Shown here one piece after another: positions 1 to 12,660 of a stretch of 64,000 nt of DNA. The translations under genes and the position numbers were made by a program. The stretch's first letter is position 1; each line of letters starts with the position of its first letter. Origin of the DNA: Octopus vulgaris (lineage: Eukaryota); assembly GCA_951406725.2 (NCBI GenBank), contig OX597831.1, forward strand, positions 82,956,001 to 83,020,000, in the 5' to 3' direction. The notes beneath the pieces were generated by a model. That model had not been told where the DNA came from, did not search any database, and saw only the letters and a list, made by a program, of their open reading frames with translations.

Positions 1-1008
1 TAACAATGTTTTGTTAGGACACAGTGTCAAGTTCAAATACTCCTCTAAGTCAGAAGGAACCAAGAGGAAACCGTTTTCGACATGAGACTCTCAATCCCCT
101 TGCTCTGCTTTTAATATTGACCTGTGCATGATAGAGGTGAGCCCACAGCATGATCCCTATTAAACCCATGGAAATGGTAATGCTATGTAAAAACCCCATC
201 TCAAAGCTTATCAAATACACCTACAGACAGGAAAGAGTGAAACAAGGAATCAATTCTCCTTTTCACCAAATTTGTAAGGAAAGAGTGAAGTCAGTTCCAT
301 GTCCTTTACCTTTTTGATTGGTTTTAATGTCGGGGCTGTGTTCAGGGCTCTCATGAGTCCTTCAAGATCAATGAGGTGATATGGCTAATGTTCCTCTTAC
401 ACAGAATATTACTGGTATTTGTGTGATCAACCTTAAAATGAGTCAATGGAAGTGCATCTATGCAGTCAGTTGGCTTATTAGAAATAGTAGCTCAATGCTC
501 CTCAAAGCATACTCAGCTATCTTCAAAAATGAAAGAACACATTGGATGATGTGAGCTTAGGTCCTCATTGCATGAAAAAGAAAAGTACGGGCATAGCTGG
601 AATGCCTTTGATTATAAATGTGTTCCCACAGGATCTACCTGGGGTTAAACAAAATCAATCCCAGTATGATGGAATGGAAAAGTAACTGCAGCAAGATTTA
701 AACTTGGAATATTTAGACCAATATTCTGCAGACCATTATTAATGATATTCTGTCATGATAAAGTAATAAACAAAGATGTGGAAATAATTTAAATTTTGAG
801 TTATTATTATTAGTGTCAAAAGATCCACAGAAAACATTCATTTGAAAATAGAAAACAAGTAAATGGTAAAACTCATTAATCTACAGTCATTAAATCTGCA
901 GTCATCAAATAATCTAACACTGACCTCCACCCTCACCCTACACTTTGTTAAAAAAAAATGAAACACAAATATTCACAGGAATCAATAGAAACAGAAACCG
1001 AGAACTCA

Positions 1009-1134
<126 letters not shown>

Positions 1135-1514
1135 TTATTCAATGCTGTCATCAATAAAATTTATTGATTTTCAATTTTTAATCGAAAACATCTGCAAGGT
1201 AATAAACTAAATGCTTAGAAGGGGTAGGGCATTATTATATTTGTATACAATGTTATATTCTTGCTAGGGGTTCACTCTGTCTTTTAAGATTCACAAATAC
1301 CAGTAATATACCAGGATCACTCTAAATCATGGGATGATTTTCCTATAATTTTGTCTGTTTAGCAATTTTAGAGATCATTAATCACTTGTTTATATTTTTT
1401 TTTCAAATCTGATGAATTAGAATTACTTTATATTTGTGTAGTGTGAGTGTGTGTGTGTGTGTGTGCACATGCATGTGTATACACACAAACATATGCACAC
1501 ATATGCATGTGAAC

Positions 1515-1952
1515 CATCATCATCATCATCGTTTAACGTCTGCTTTCCAGGCTGGCATGGGTTGGACGATTTGACTGAGGACTGGTGAACCAGATGGCTG
1601 CACCAGGCTCCAGTCTGATCTGGCAGAGTTTCTACAGCTGGATGCCCTTCCTAACGCCAACCACTCCGAGAGTGTAGTGGGTACTTTTACATGCCACTGA
1701 CATGAGGGCAAGTCAGGCAGCACTGGCAGCGGCCACGCTCAAATGGTGCTTTTTATGTGCCACCTGCACAGGAGCCAGTACTGGCAACAATCTCACTCAG
1801 TCCAGCAGTACTGGCAATGACCTCGCTCAGTCCAGTGGCACTGGCAACAACCTCGCTCAAATGTTTTATCATGTGCCACCAGCACAAGTGCCAGTAAAGG
1901 TGACACAGATAACGATCACACTTGAATAATGCTTTTTACGTGCCACTAACAT
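1515..1952 (-). mobile_element. 5'-truncated RTE LINE 3'UTR fragment (family of 9029-12660) with (GAT)n tail and internal module repeats
   Basis: catcatcatcgtttaacgtctgctttccaggctggcatgggttggacg...ggatgcccttcctaacgccaaccactccgagagtgtagtgg matches 9030-9200; repeated tgctttttacgtgccac modules. Confidence 0.85.
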
Positions 1953-2968
1953 GTGTATGTATGTAATATTTGTAACAACAGGGCATTTGTGAGCAGTATT
2001 GGCATCCAGTAAAACCTGTTGCATGGTCAGGTCATTGGTGAATAAAGTAAGATACTGCCCTGGCCCACCCATGAAGATCCTGGTGAGAAGGAAGGAGTTA
2101 GAAGCATAACAGGACTGAAAAAAAGTCCTGTCAAAAGGTTGGAAAAATCTGGACAGGGTCAACACATTGACCCTGCAAAGGCTATCTAGGGTTAACATGT
2201 GTGACACAGAAATAACCCAGTTTGTGACTGAGCAGGTAGCAAGACCATTACAAGTGATTGAATCCTTAATTCTAATCAGAACATTTATCAAGGTGATGGA
2301 AAACTTTAAATTGAAACCCAGACTGTCATGGAGTATTACTGGGGCACACAGTTGGCACAGGCAGACCTGTCAGGATCAGACTGCCTTGCAAGTGCAAAGA
2401 ATTGTGGGGGCTCATTGAAAATAACTCTTAACAAAATCCATCAGAGAAGGGCACCACATTGGGTTTCCTGCAACCCCAGCATCTGGTCCCATCTTTAATT
2501 GTCCTAACAGTGCCTTGTCACTGGGTCCAAGGGATTTAGGACATGCTGTGGCCACTAGGGTTTCATACACCCTTTTTTTTTGTTTCTTCATTCTCAATGG
2601 CACATGGAGGGGCTTAGAAAACGTAGGGGCAGTCACAATACTCCGACCCTCCACCACATAACTGATCTACCATTAAAGTGCCAGCTAGGTGAAGTCATGT
2701 TCAGAAGCAATCAGTGAAAGACGAATGAGTGTATGCATATACATGTGTGTGTGTGTGTGTGTGAGTGTGTTTACATGTATATGTACATATATATATTTAT
2801 GTGTGTATGTGTATTATTCACATGAAATGGAGGATACATCAGAAATTTTGTCAGCAGCAGCTCATCAGACATATGAGCTGCTGCTGCTGCTGCTACTAAA
2901 GAAATTTCAAAGTTACTCATTACCCAGGATTTCATTTGAATAAAATATTTCTATGGTGTATCCATGTT

Positions 2969-3202
2969 ATGTGTAATGTTAGCATGTGTGTGTTTGTGTG
3001 TGTGTGCATGTGTAATGTTAGCATGTGTGTGTTTGTGTGTGTGTGCATGTGTAATGTTGGCATGTGTGTGTTTGTGTGTGTGTGCATGTGTAATGTTAGC
3101 ATGTGTGTGTTTGTGTGTGTGTGCATGTGTAATGTTAGCATGTGTGTGTTTGTGTGTGTGTGCATGTGTAATGTTAGCATGTGTGTGTTTGTGTGTGTGT
3201 GT
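2969..3202. repeat. 39-bp minisatellite, about 6 copies
   Basis: Unit atgtgtaatgttagcatgtgtgtgtttgtgtgtgtgtgc; explains the 13-aa periodic spurious ORFs. Confidence 0.9.
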
Positions 3203-3471
3203 ATTGTTCAGTTTTATGTCCGTTTTTGCATGTGAGCATGAGTTAGACAAAGAAATGTCATTAAAGCATTGTTTTACGGCCAGGTGCACTTCCTGTCACT
3301 AACCCTTAGAGGATTTCTTTGCAGTAAGGAAGATTTTCATTTCACATATCATTGAAAGTGCAGACCAACAGGACGACCAAATGACAGGAGAACAAACATG
3401 GACCATGTGAACATTTGCACAGACACATACACGCACACATGAACACACACACACGCACACATGTGTAGGTG

Positions 3472-3630
3472 CAAAATGACCAAATGACTAAAAGGTTCAT
3501 TTTCCAAACACAAGGTCCCAAGTTCAATCCTACTGAATGGAATCTTGGACAAATGTAATTTTCCATAACCTGGAATTAACTCATACTTTGTGAGTGAAAT
3601 TGGTAGACAGAAACTGTACTGAAACCTGTC
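3472..3630 (+). mobile_element. Degenerate tRNA-derived SINE head/body
   Basis: B-box-like caagttcaatcc followed by cttggacaaatgt...ttgtgagtgaaattggtagacagaaactg, as in copies at 39360 and 40175. Confidence 0.6.
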
Positions 3631-3777
3631 GGGGTGGGTGGAGGCATTATACTAGTAAAGGTATGTCTTTGTGATGCCACTGTGTCTTGCTGATTCTGCT
3701 AGTAAAGTATGTTAAACATACACATATGCCTATGGAATACTCAGCCACTGATATGCTAATTTAGGAGCAACTTTTTA

Positions 3778-4022
3778 TGTGGCTTGGTGGTTAAGGTTTG
3801 CACTCATGACCATAAGGTTGTGGTGTCGATTCCTGGGCCAGGCACTGTGTTGTGTTCTTGAGCAAAACACTTTGTTTCACATTTTGCACCAAATCCACTC
3901 AACTAGCAGAAATGAGTCATGCTGTGACAGACCCATGCCCCATCCAGTGGGGAGGGGGAAATATATAGGGCACAGAATCCAGGAAACTGACATTATGAGC
4001 CTAAAATTCAAGAAAAACCTTT
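3778..4022 (+). mobile_element. tRNA-derived SINE (CORE-like body)
   Basis: A box gtggcttggtggttaagg, B box gtgtcgattcc, then gtgttgtgttcttgagcaaaacact; related to 14530-14860 and 34785-35050. Confidence 0.7.
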
Positions 4023-4913
4023 GATCCTTTTAACACACACACACACGTGCATGTGTGTGCATCTATCCACATTATTTCAAGCATTCATGGTTTGATAAAG
4101 CAAAAGTGGTTGTTGAGACAAGAAGAGTGAGATTTGATTAGTAATTCTACCAATTCTAGTGACAACTAAACTGAAGTTCATTCAGTGTCTCGTTAAGCAG
4201 TGTTAATTACATACACCATTTTAAAAGGTGATTTCTTTGGATCTTGTCAGAAATTGTTTCAACTATGTGGGAGAGGACAAAAAGCAATTTGTTGTAGCAG
4301 AGGTCAAAGTAAACTAGGTCACACAGGTGAAGTGTATTACTTAAAGACCTTAATTATATACCAAAGTAAACCAGGTGACCTCAGTGGTGACTGTGAAATA
4401 CACCTGATTCACCTGTACAAGTAAGGTCGGGGATAAAACAAAGAAAAATAGAATCAACTATCACCTACTTCACCATTTTTGCCAAAATATTCCTGATATT
4501 CAATGGAATTGTCAATATTTCAAACTAAGATACATGGATCCATTCTTAATTCCATATTGGTTGAATTCTATTTGGTTCCCACTAACGTAACAAACCAAAC
4601 CTTTTTGAAATACAGTTCTGATATAGCTATTAACATGGAGAGCAAACTTCAGTTTAGTTAGAATCGTTCTCTCAACGATAATGTTAAAATAATGTTTTTC
4701 AAAGATTGTGATGAAACAGTTCTGTTGTACAATAGTGAGGCGTGGATAATAATAGGCAGACTAGCAGACTCGTTAGTTACCTCTACAAGAACTAAATAGA
4801 AACACACCAATTGTAAATCATCTTTTCTAGGACTTCAATGCCATTTTGTAATTAATGAGTTCTTACAAATAATGAGTTGGTAGAATCAGTAGAACTTCAA
4901 TGTGGATGCGTTA

Positions 4914-5340
4914 TCTATTTGTATACTACTAAAACTCTCTGCTTGCTTGCGTGCTTGTCTGTAATTTAACAGGGTCAAACCGGCACAAAATGGAAAAATA
5001 CTCTCAAAGTAAGGTGTGCCTTAAATGTGAATACAAACAGAATAAAACAAGTTTTGTGTAAAGCAGACCACGGATTCTTGAGATACGTGGTTTTTGGGGG
5101 TATGTTTCCACAAATTTAATCGGTAGAATCTGGAGTTATTGTCCTTTACTGTGAACACCTTTATAAATAGCCAAACTGGCACATAATGGGAAAATACTCT
5201 GAAAGTAAGGTACCATTGAAAGGTGAATACAAATGGAATAAAACTAGTTTTGTATAAAACAGACCACAGGTTCCCAAGATACATGATTTTTTGGGGGTAT
5301 CCTGACCTATTGCTGACCCAACAGGTCACAGGTAGTCTAG
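4914..5340 (+). mobile_element. Non-autonomous Helitron with internal ~195-bp tandem duplication
   Basis: 5' A|TCTATTTGTATACTACTAAAA; 3' hairpin tgacc-caaca-ggtca just upstream of CTAG|T (5337-5341); ~4982-5104 is repeated at ~5178-5301. Confidence 0.7.
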
Positions 5341-5863
5341 TACTAATGAAATTTGCCATTTAAAATTGCCGCCGAATGGTAAATAAGATATTTATGATAT
5401 ATTCATCTTTACCATTTACAAAATCATGTCTCATGTCTAACAAAGAAACTAAATTTAGCACAATAAAATGGTAACATGTTCATAGTAACTTTAGTTTTGA
5501 AATTTTGATGAAATTATTTCAAATTACTTAAAATATCAAAAAGAAAGAAAACAAGAATCATTTTGGAGGAAATGAAATGGAAATCAGTAAGCTGAAGAGC
5601 AAACTGGTTTCTGGAATTCCATTCTTCAGACAAACAAGAATAGAATATGTTTCTGAAGACAGAAGCTTTCCTTCAGGGAGGACACATTTTTAGACATAAA
5701 ACTTCTTTGCAATGTTTTAATTCAAAAAGACATGGTTTCTGTTCTTAATTGAAAATGTTTCAAATACAATGAAACAAAAAAAAAACAAAAAAAAAAAACA
5801 ATATAGAAACATAAAGTCTACAGCTGGTCAAATTATCTTCAGATTTGTCTGGTTATTTAGTTT

Positions 5864-5965
5864 GTTTCCATAGTTACGAATGTATGGTAGAAGCTAGCTA
5901 GTGTTTCCATAGTTACAAATATATGGTAGAAGCTATCTAATGTATTTCCATAGTTACGTATGTTA
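5864..5965. repeat. ~39-bp tandem repeat, about 2.5 copies
   Basis: tttccatagttac(g/a)aat(g/a)tatggtagaagcta unit. Confidence 0.8.
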
Positions 5966-7581
5966 AGGTGTAACCATCTGATTTCCTCGGCCTAAAATAT
6001 CCACCACTTTAAGCTGCAATCACTGACAGATTTAAATCCCCTGACTGGGTTTGGTTCTAAACAAATCCAGTTCAGTTCCGAAGACGGCTAAGATTTGTTC
6101 TCATGATTTATTCCAAAGTGAATTGGAGCATGCTGCTGTTTTTTCAAGATGAAAGGTTTCTTAAAAGCGAGCAAATTAATGAGAAAAGAAAAGCCAACAT
6201 GGAACTGGCTCTGCTTCGGCTATAAAATGAGATGTTGGCATATTCTACAGAAAGCAAAATGGAATTAAGGTGAGAGGAGGAAGAGGAGGAGGAGGAGCTA
6301 GTAAAAGTGAAGTGCATTTGATGTGTATTGGCAGCTTCCATGTTTTCAGTTTGTTGTGTAATAGAAACAGTGCAAACAGTTTGGGCAGAGGTAGAGAAAG
6401 TTGGTTGAGTGTATCTAAGTCAATAAACAGTAAAATATAGATGGGATTCTTTGAGAGTAGGAGAGTGTCATGGAGAGTAAATGAAATGCAAAATTAACCT
6501 GTTTAATAATGAAACAAAATGAACTTCATTAAAAAGAAGAGATTTAAAGAGATGTGTGTTGAAAGTATGTTTATTAAACAGATGTTTAAGTTGGGAAAGA
6601 GAGAAGAGAATGAGAGCTAAGTAATTAAAGTGTTGTTGCTAATGTGTCGTTAAGGTAACTGGCTGTTAGTGATAAGTCAGAAGTAATCCTTAGAATCAAT
6701 GAGATAATAAAAATCAGTTTAGTTTTGGCTTCCAGGAAAACTGATCAACGAATAAATTGATTTTAGATGCCTCAAGATGATTTTCAGATTGAAACAGCTT
6801 CAATATAAACATGGATAGAAACAAGCAGAAAATACTCTGTGTTCATGCAGCATGGCCTGCATGTGTGCATGTGTGCATGTGGCTGCATCTACACAAGCAC
6901 ACACACACACACACACGCACTCAGATGTGTGTGTGTGATGTTCACCTTGGATTAAAAGTGTATACAACATATATACATAACTTCCAGGCAGTACAAGACA
7001 TCTCTGATGCACACACACACACACACACACATCAATTGATTGAGGTAATGATGTTCAAAAAGTGTAAAATGAGTTTAATTAAAGCTGAAGAGTTATTAAT
7101 TGCCAAGGATAGAGAAAAGAAAATAGAATAAAATGAGAAAGACATGGAAAGAATTTGAAAATCCAGAAAGAATGGCAGACAAACAGACAAAATGTTGTTA
7201 ATGTTTACAGGAAAATAATTTGTTTTCTCATACCTATCAATGATTCCACAGTCTTCAATTTAACCAATTATCAACTGTAGTTTACCATTTCACTCCTCAA
7301 CATCATTCTTTTTAATTGTCCTCCATTGAACACAGAGTTTAAACAGATTTTTACACAACATAATCTACAACATAGTCTATCACTTCTCTCAGCTTTACCA
7401 TTCCTTAATCCAATCCTGATCTGTCAGTCTTTTACGAGTTGCCACCTTGGGACCCATCAAAGCTATAGAAACCTTTTCAAATTGATCCCTTCACATTTGT
7501 CTTACAATTGTAATTATACTGATCTGTTACTGTTGACTACTACTACTACTACTACTAATTATTATTATTATTATTAGTAGT

Positions 7582-7619
<38 letters not shown>

Positions 7620-7661
7620 TGTTATTATTACCATTTTAATTATTTCTATTATTATTATTAA

Positions 7662-7814
7662 GAGGCAGTGAGCAGGCAAAATCATTAGTGGCATTTCATG
7701 TATCTTTAGGTTCTGAGTTCAAATGCAACCTAGATAGACTTTGCCTTTCATGGTTGATAAAATAAGTACTTACCCCCTTCCCGGAATTGTTGGCCTTGTA
7801 CCAAAATTTGAAGC

Positions 7815-7866
<52 letters not shown>

Positions 7867-8372
7867 GTAGTGGTGGATTGGCAGATTCGTTAGGGCCTTG
7901 GCAAAATGCCATGTAGAATATGTTCCAGCTGATTATATTTTGTGTTAAAATCCAGCAGAGGTCAACTTTGTTTTTCATCTTTTCAGGATCAATAAAATAA
8001 AGTAACAGTCAAGCTCTGGGGGTTGATGGTAGCAACTGACCCCTTCCATCAAATTGCTGACCTTGTGCCTAAATCATTATCCTCATCATCCTCATGAGTT
8101 TTTCTTCTTCCTTCAATTTTGTTTCCATTTCTTGCCTAGTGTCTTCCCGACACCTAGGGCAAAGAAAATCACTGTATATATCAACAGGTCATTAAAAATG
8201 AATGCACCAGGTTATTCATTTACAATTTTTCAAACTATTCTGCCAGGGTCAACTTTGCCTTTCATCCGTTCAGGGTCAATAAATTAACTATCAGTGAAAC
8301 ACTGGGGTCGATGTAATCGACTATTCTCTTCCCCAAAAATTCCAGGCCTTGTGCCTATAATATAGAGGATTA
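7662..8372 (+). mobile_element. Cluster of three degenerate tRNA-derived SINE copies (~7662-7815, ~7867-8075, ~8235-8372) amid (ATT)n tracts
   Basis: Shared body gagttcaaat...gtcaactttgcctttcatcc...gataaaataagtac...ctggggtcgatgtaatcgact...ggccttgtgcc. Confidence 0.7.
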
Positions 8373-9028
8373 CCATTATATATACTATTTTGGTTTGGCT
8401 TAGGTTCGGTCTTATTCTTAATAGGATTTATGTGGATAGCAGGTGGAAACCTGTAACCTTAGGTATCCACGAGTTTTCAGCTGTCTTTCAAGCGCTTAGA
8501 ACCCCCCTGATAATCCTTGCTGTCCTTAAGAGCTCTACTAAGCATTCTATTCCAATCTGGATTTTGGATTTTCATCTTTCTGAACTCAATAAAATAAATT
8601 ACCAGTAAAATACTGAGGGAGTAAATCTCATCAACTACACTTCCTCCTCCATTCCTTCAAATTTGAAGGAATTTACCAACATTAGAAGCCATAATAATTA
8701 GCAGTGAGGTGTTTTAGTCACTTGCCTTCCATTACTAGCAATGATGGCACCTGTTAAATTAACTTCAAAAAAAATTTGCAATAATACAAAAAAAACGAAC
8801 ATGGTAGCACTCTGTCCTAAACAGAAAATTGATTCTTTCACAGAAAAAAAAATAACGGTGAAATGGAAACAAAAATTGAAAAAAAAAAAACCATGATTTC
8901 ATTATCAAATTAAGGTTTTAAATATATATATAAATCGTGTACATTGACTAATTTGTTTTTGTGCTGGGCCACTGGTAATAATAATTTCTATAATTCTTAT
9001 TACCCTAATATTATTTATATATATATAT

Positions 9029-12000
9029 TCATCATCATCATAATCATCGTTTAGCGTCCGCTTTCCATGCTAGCATGGGTTGGACGGTTTAGCTGGGGTC
9101 TGGGAAGCCAGAAGGCTGCACCAGGTCCAGTCTGATCTGGCAATATTTCTATGGCTGGATGCCCTTCTTAACACCAACCACTCCGTGAGTGTAGTGGGTG
9201 CTTTTTACGTGCCACCGGCACAGGTGCCAGATGAGGCTGGCAAACGGCCATGATCGGATGGTGCTTTTTACGTGTCACTGACACGGGGGCCAGGCAAGGC
9301 TGGCAACGGCCACAATCGGATGGTGCTTTTTACGTGCCACCAGCACGAGGCCAGTCGGGGCGGCGCTGGTAACAGCCACGTTTGGATGGTTCTCTTACAT
9401 ACCACCGGCACTGGTATAACAGCTGCAATTTGCATTGATGTTGATCAATTTTGATTTTGATTTTGAATTTTGGGATTCTCACTTGCCTCAACAGATCTTC
9501 ACAAGTAGAGTTTTGTGTCCCAAGAAGGAAAGGTATGCATAAGTGGACTGGCTACATCCCAGGAGAGGCCACGGGTTATGGTCTCACTTGTCCTGCCAGG
9601 TCTTCTCACGCACAGCATACTTCCATAGGTCTCGGTCTCTAGTCATTTCCTCGGTGAGACCTAAAGTTCGAAGGTCATGCTTCACCACCTCGTCCCAGGT
9701 TTTCCTGGGTCTGCCTCTTCCACAGGTTTCCCTCAACCGCTAGGGTGTGGCACTTTTTCACACAACTATCTTCATCCATTCTCGCCACATGACCATACCA
9801 GTGCAAACGTCTCTCTTGCACACCACAACTGATGCTTCTTAGGTCCAACTTTTCTCTCAAGGTACTTACACTCTGTCCATCGGAGCATACTGGCTTCATT
9901 TCTTGCGAGCTTTCACATATCCTCAGCAGTCACAGCCCATGTTTCACTGCCATGTTCGTACACAGGCGTCATACAGTCTGCCTTTTACTCTGAGTGAGAG
10001 GCCTTTTGTCACCAGCAGAGGTAAGATCTCTCTAAACTTTGCCCAGGCTATTCTTACTCTAGCAGTTACACTTTCAGCACACCCGCCCCTGCTACTGACT
10101 TGGTCACCTAGGTACCGGAAGCCATCAACTATTTCTAGTTTTTCTCCCTGGAATGTGGTGGAAGTTGGTCTCAGAGCATTTTCAGTGTTTATTGCTCCTG
10201 AGCATCTACCACATACAAAAACTATCTTCCTAGTTAGCCTTCCTTTGACATTGCTACACCTCTTATGTGTCCATAGCTTACACTTGGTGCATATTATAGA
10301 GTTTCTACCTACGCCTTTTCTACAGATCGAGCAGGGCCATCTACCTGAAGACGTTTGTGATTTGTCTACCTTCCTACTTATTAGGACTTTGGTTTTAGCT
10401 AGGTTGACTCTAAGGCCCTTCGATTTTAATCCTTGCTTCCACACCTGAAACTTCTCCTCCAGTTCTGATAGTGACTCAGCAATTAGAGCTAGGTCATCAG
10501 CATAGAGGAGCTCCCAAGGGCATCCTGTCTTGAATTCCTCCATTATTGTCTGGAGGACTATGATAAATAGGAGGGGGCTGAGGACTGAGCCTTGGTGGAC
10601 CCCTACCTCTACCCGGAATTCTTCACTGTACTCATTGCCAACCCTCACCTTACTGGCTGCATCCCTGTACATGGCTCGCACAGCTCTCACTAACCATTCA
10701 TCTATCCCTAGTTTCCTCATTGACCACCAGATAAGGTATCGGGAGACCCTGTCGAGGGCTTTCTCCATGTCAACGAAAGCCAGGTACAGGGGCTTATCTT
10801 TGGCTAGGTATTTCTCCTGCAGCTGCCTTACTAGGAATATAGCATCAGTAGTACTTTTCCCTGGCACGAACCCAAACTGCATGTCATCTAAACTAACTCT
10901 CTCTCTAATTAGTTGGGCTATGACCCTCTCCGTAACCTTCATTACCTGATCCAACAGCTTGATACCTCTGTAATTATTTGTATCTAGGGCGTCACCTTTA
11001 CCTTTGTAGCAGTTGACTATTATGCTACTACACCAGTCATTGGGTATGACTCCTTCACGTATCACCTGATTAACTATACGGGTGACTAGGCTATAGCCGA
11101 CACTACCAGATATTTTGAGCATCTCTGCAGTGATTCCTGATGGGCCTGGGGCTTTCCCTGTCTTCATGCTTCTAATTGCCTTAACTTCTAAGGAACTGTC
11201 AACTTGGATAGCTGGTCCCTCTGTTGGGTCGGCATTCAGCAGATTCTCTTAATCCCATTCATTTTCTTTATTCAGCCATCTCTCATAGTGGCATCTCCAA
11301 ACCTCCTCATTTAGCGCAAGTGAACCCTCATCCATGCGAATACATTTCTCTCTTACCACATCACGATTCTCTCTCAAACACTGTCTTGCAACACGAAATA
11401 CCTCAAGTCTTTGGTCCTCCCGGCGCAGAACATTGGCAAATTTCTTCTTATCTGCTTCCCCTCTGGCTAAATAGACCTGTCTCCTAGCTTCTCGTTTGGC
11501 TGTCTGATACAATTCCCTGCTACCACCGTTCTTCCAGTCCTTCCAAGCCTGTCTCTTTTCTCTAATAGCCCTGTCTACAACATTGTTCCACCACGACGTT
11601 ATTTTGGGTCAAGAGGGGACTTTGTACCAGCCACAGATCTGGTCAGTGGCTTTCAGCAGGTTGTCCCTTAGAGACCTCCAGTTGTCTTCTACCCCATATG
11701 AAGCTCTATCCCCTTCTACTTCGTCAAAGTAATATGTCCCTAAATCTCTGTCCATTCGCAGGATCTTTAAGCTTCCAGATCCTCCTTCTCCATGTTGGTC
11801 GTCTTCTGGTAATCCTCTTAGTCCTGATCCTAAAGTCACTAACTACCAGTCTATGTTGTGGGGTACATTCTTCGCCTGGGATGGTTTTGGCATTTATAAG
11901 CAGCCATCTCTCCCTTTGCCTTGCAAGGATGTAGTCAATTTGGCTGGTATGTTGGCCCGATCGGTTGGTGACTAGGTGGCTGGTAGGTTTCCTGAAGTTA

Positions 12001-12660
12001 GTGTTGCAAACCATAAGATCATTTGCATCGCAGAACTCCAGCAGCCTGGTTCCCTCCTCGTTGTGGGAACCATAACCATAGCCTCCATGTACACCATGGA
12101 AGCCCTCAGGATGTTGTCCAACATGCCCATTGAAGTCACCAGCTACAAAGAGGTCTTTGTTGTTCGTCAACAAGGTAGTCTGCAGTAGAGTGTCATAGAA
12201 TCGGTCTTTCTGTCCATCGGGTAGCCCCGGCTGAGGGGCATAGGCTGATATAATGGTTGCTAGTCCATGATGAAGTACTAATCTAATCTTAAGTATTCTG
12301 TCACATACTCTGATTACCTCAATTACCTTATCTACCCATTTTTCAGCGAGAAGTATACCCACACCCCCAACCCCGTCAGTGTTCCCTGCCCAGAAAATCT
12401 TGTACCTGTGTTCTTTGCCTGTGAGGAACCTAGCAGAACCTCCTCTCCACCTTACTTCTTGGATGCAACATATATCAACACATCTCCATTCATGCATCTC
12501 GACTATCTTGCCAGACCTACCTTTCAGTGTGCCAACGTTGAGGGTGCCAACCCTGAGGGTGCCAACCCTGAAGGTGTGGGAGGTAAGGGCCCTAGAGACC
12601 CTGGGACAGTGGACAGTAGCTTCATGTACCTGAAAAGAAAACTCGCATTTGGCAACCCAT
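9029..12660 (-). mobile_element. Near-full-length RTE-clade LINE (APE endonuclease + RT with embedded PHD finger), disrupted by frameshifts
   Basis: Endonuclease motifs RVGTLNVGTL, CCIQEVRW, ISAYAPQ, AGDFNGHVG, QIDYIL (11724-12629). RT motifs KAPGPSG, NYRGIKLL, QFGFVPG, FVDMEKA, GVHQGSVLSPLLF, YADD, FRYLG (9944-11167). C-terminus RRLHWYGHVARM (9675-9899). About 570-bp 3'UTR ending in (GAT)n. Confidence 0.95.

Noticed and set aside
1990-2690. GC-richer stretch with several 80-140 aa ORFs
   Set aside because: No recognisable protein motifs or termini; likely an old unclassified repeat.
3778-3860. tRNA-like A/B boxes here and at other SINE heads
   Set aside because: No complete cloverleaf; they continue into repeated SINE bodies, so they are not tRNA genes.
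9195-9420. CRISPR-like repeat-spacer appearance
   Set aside because: Linkers are homologous to each other, the array lies in a eukaryotic LINE 3'UTR, and there are no cas genes.
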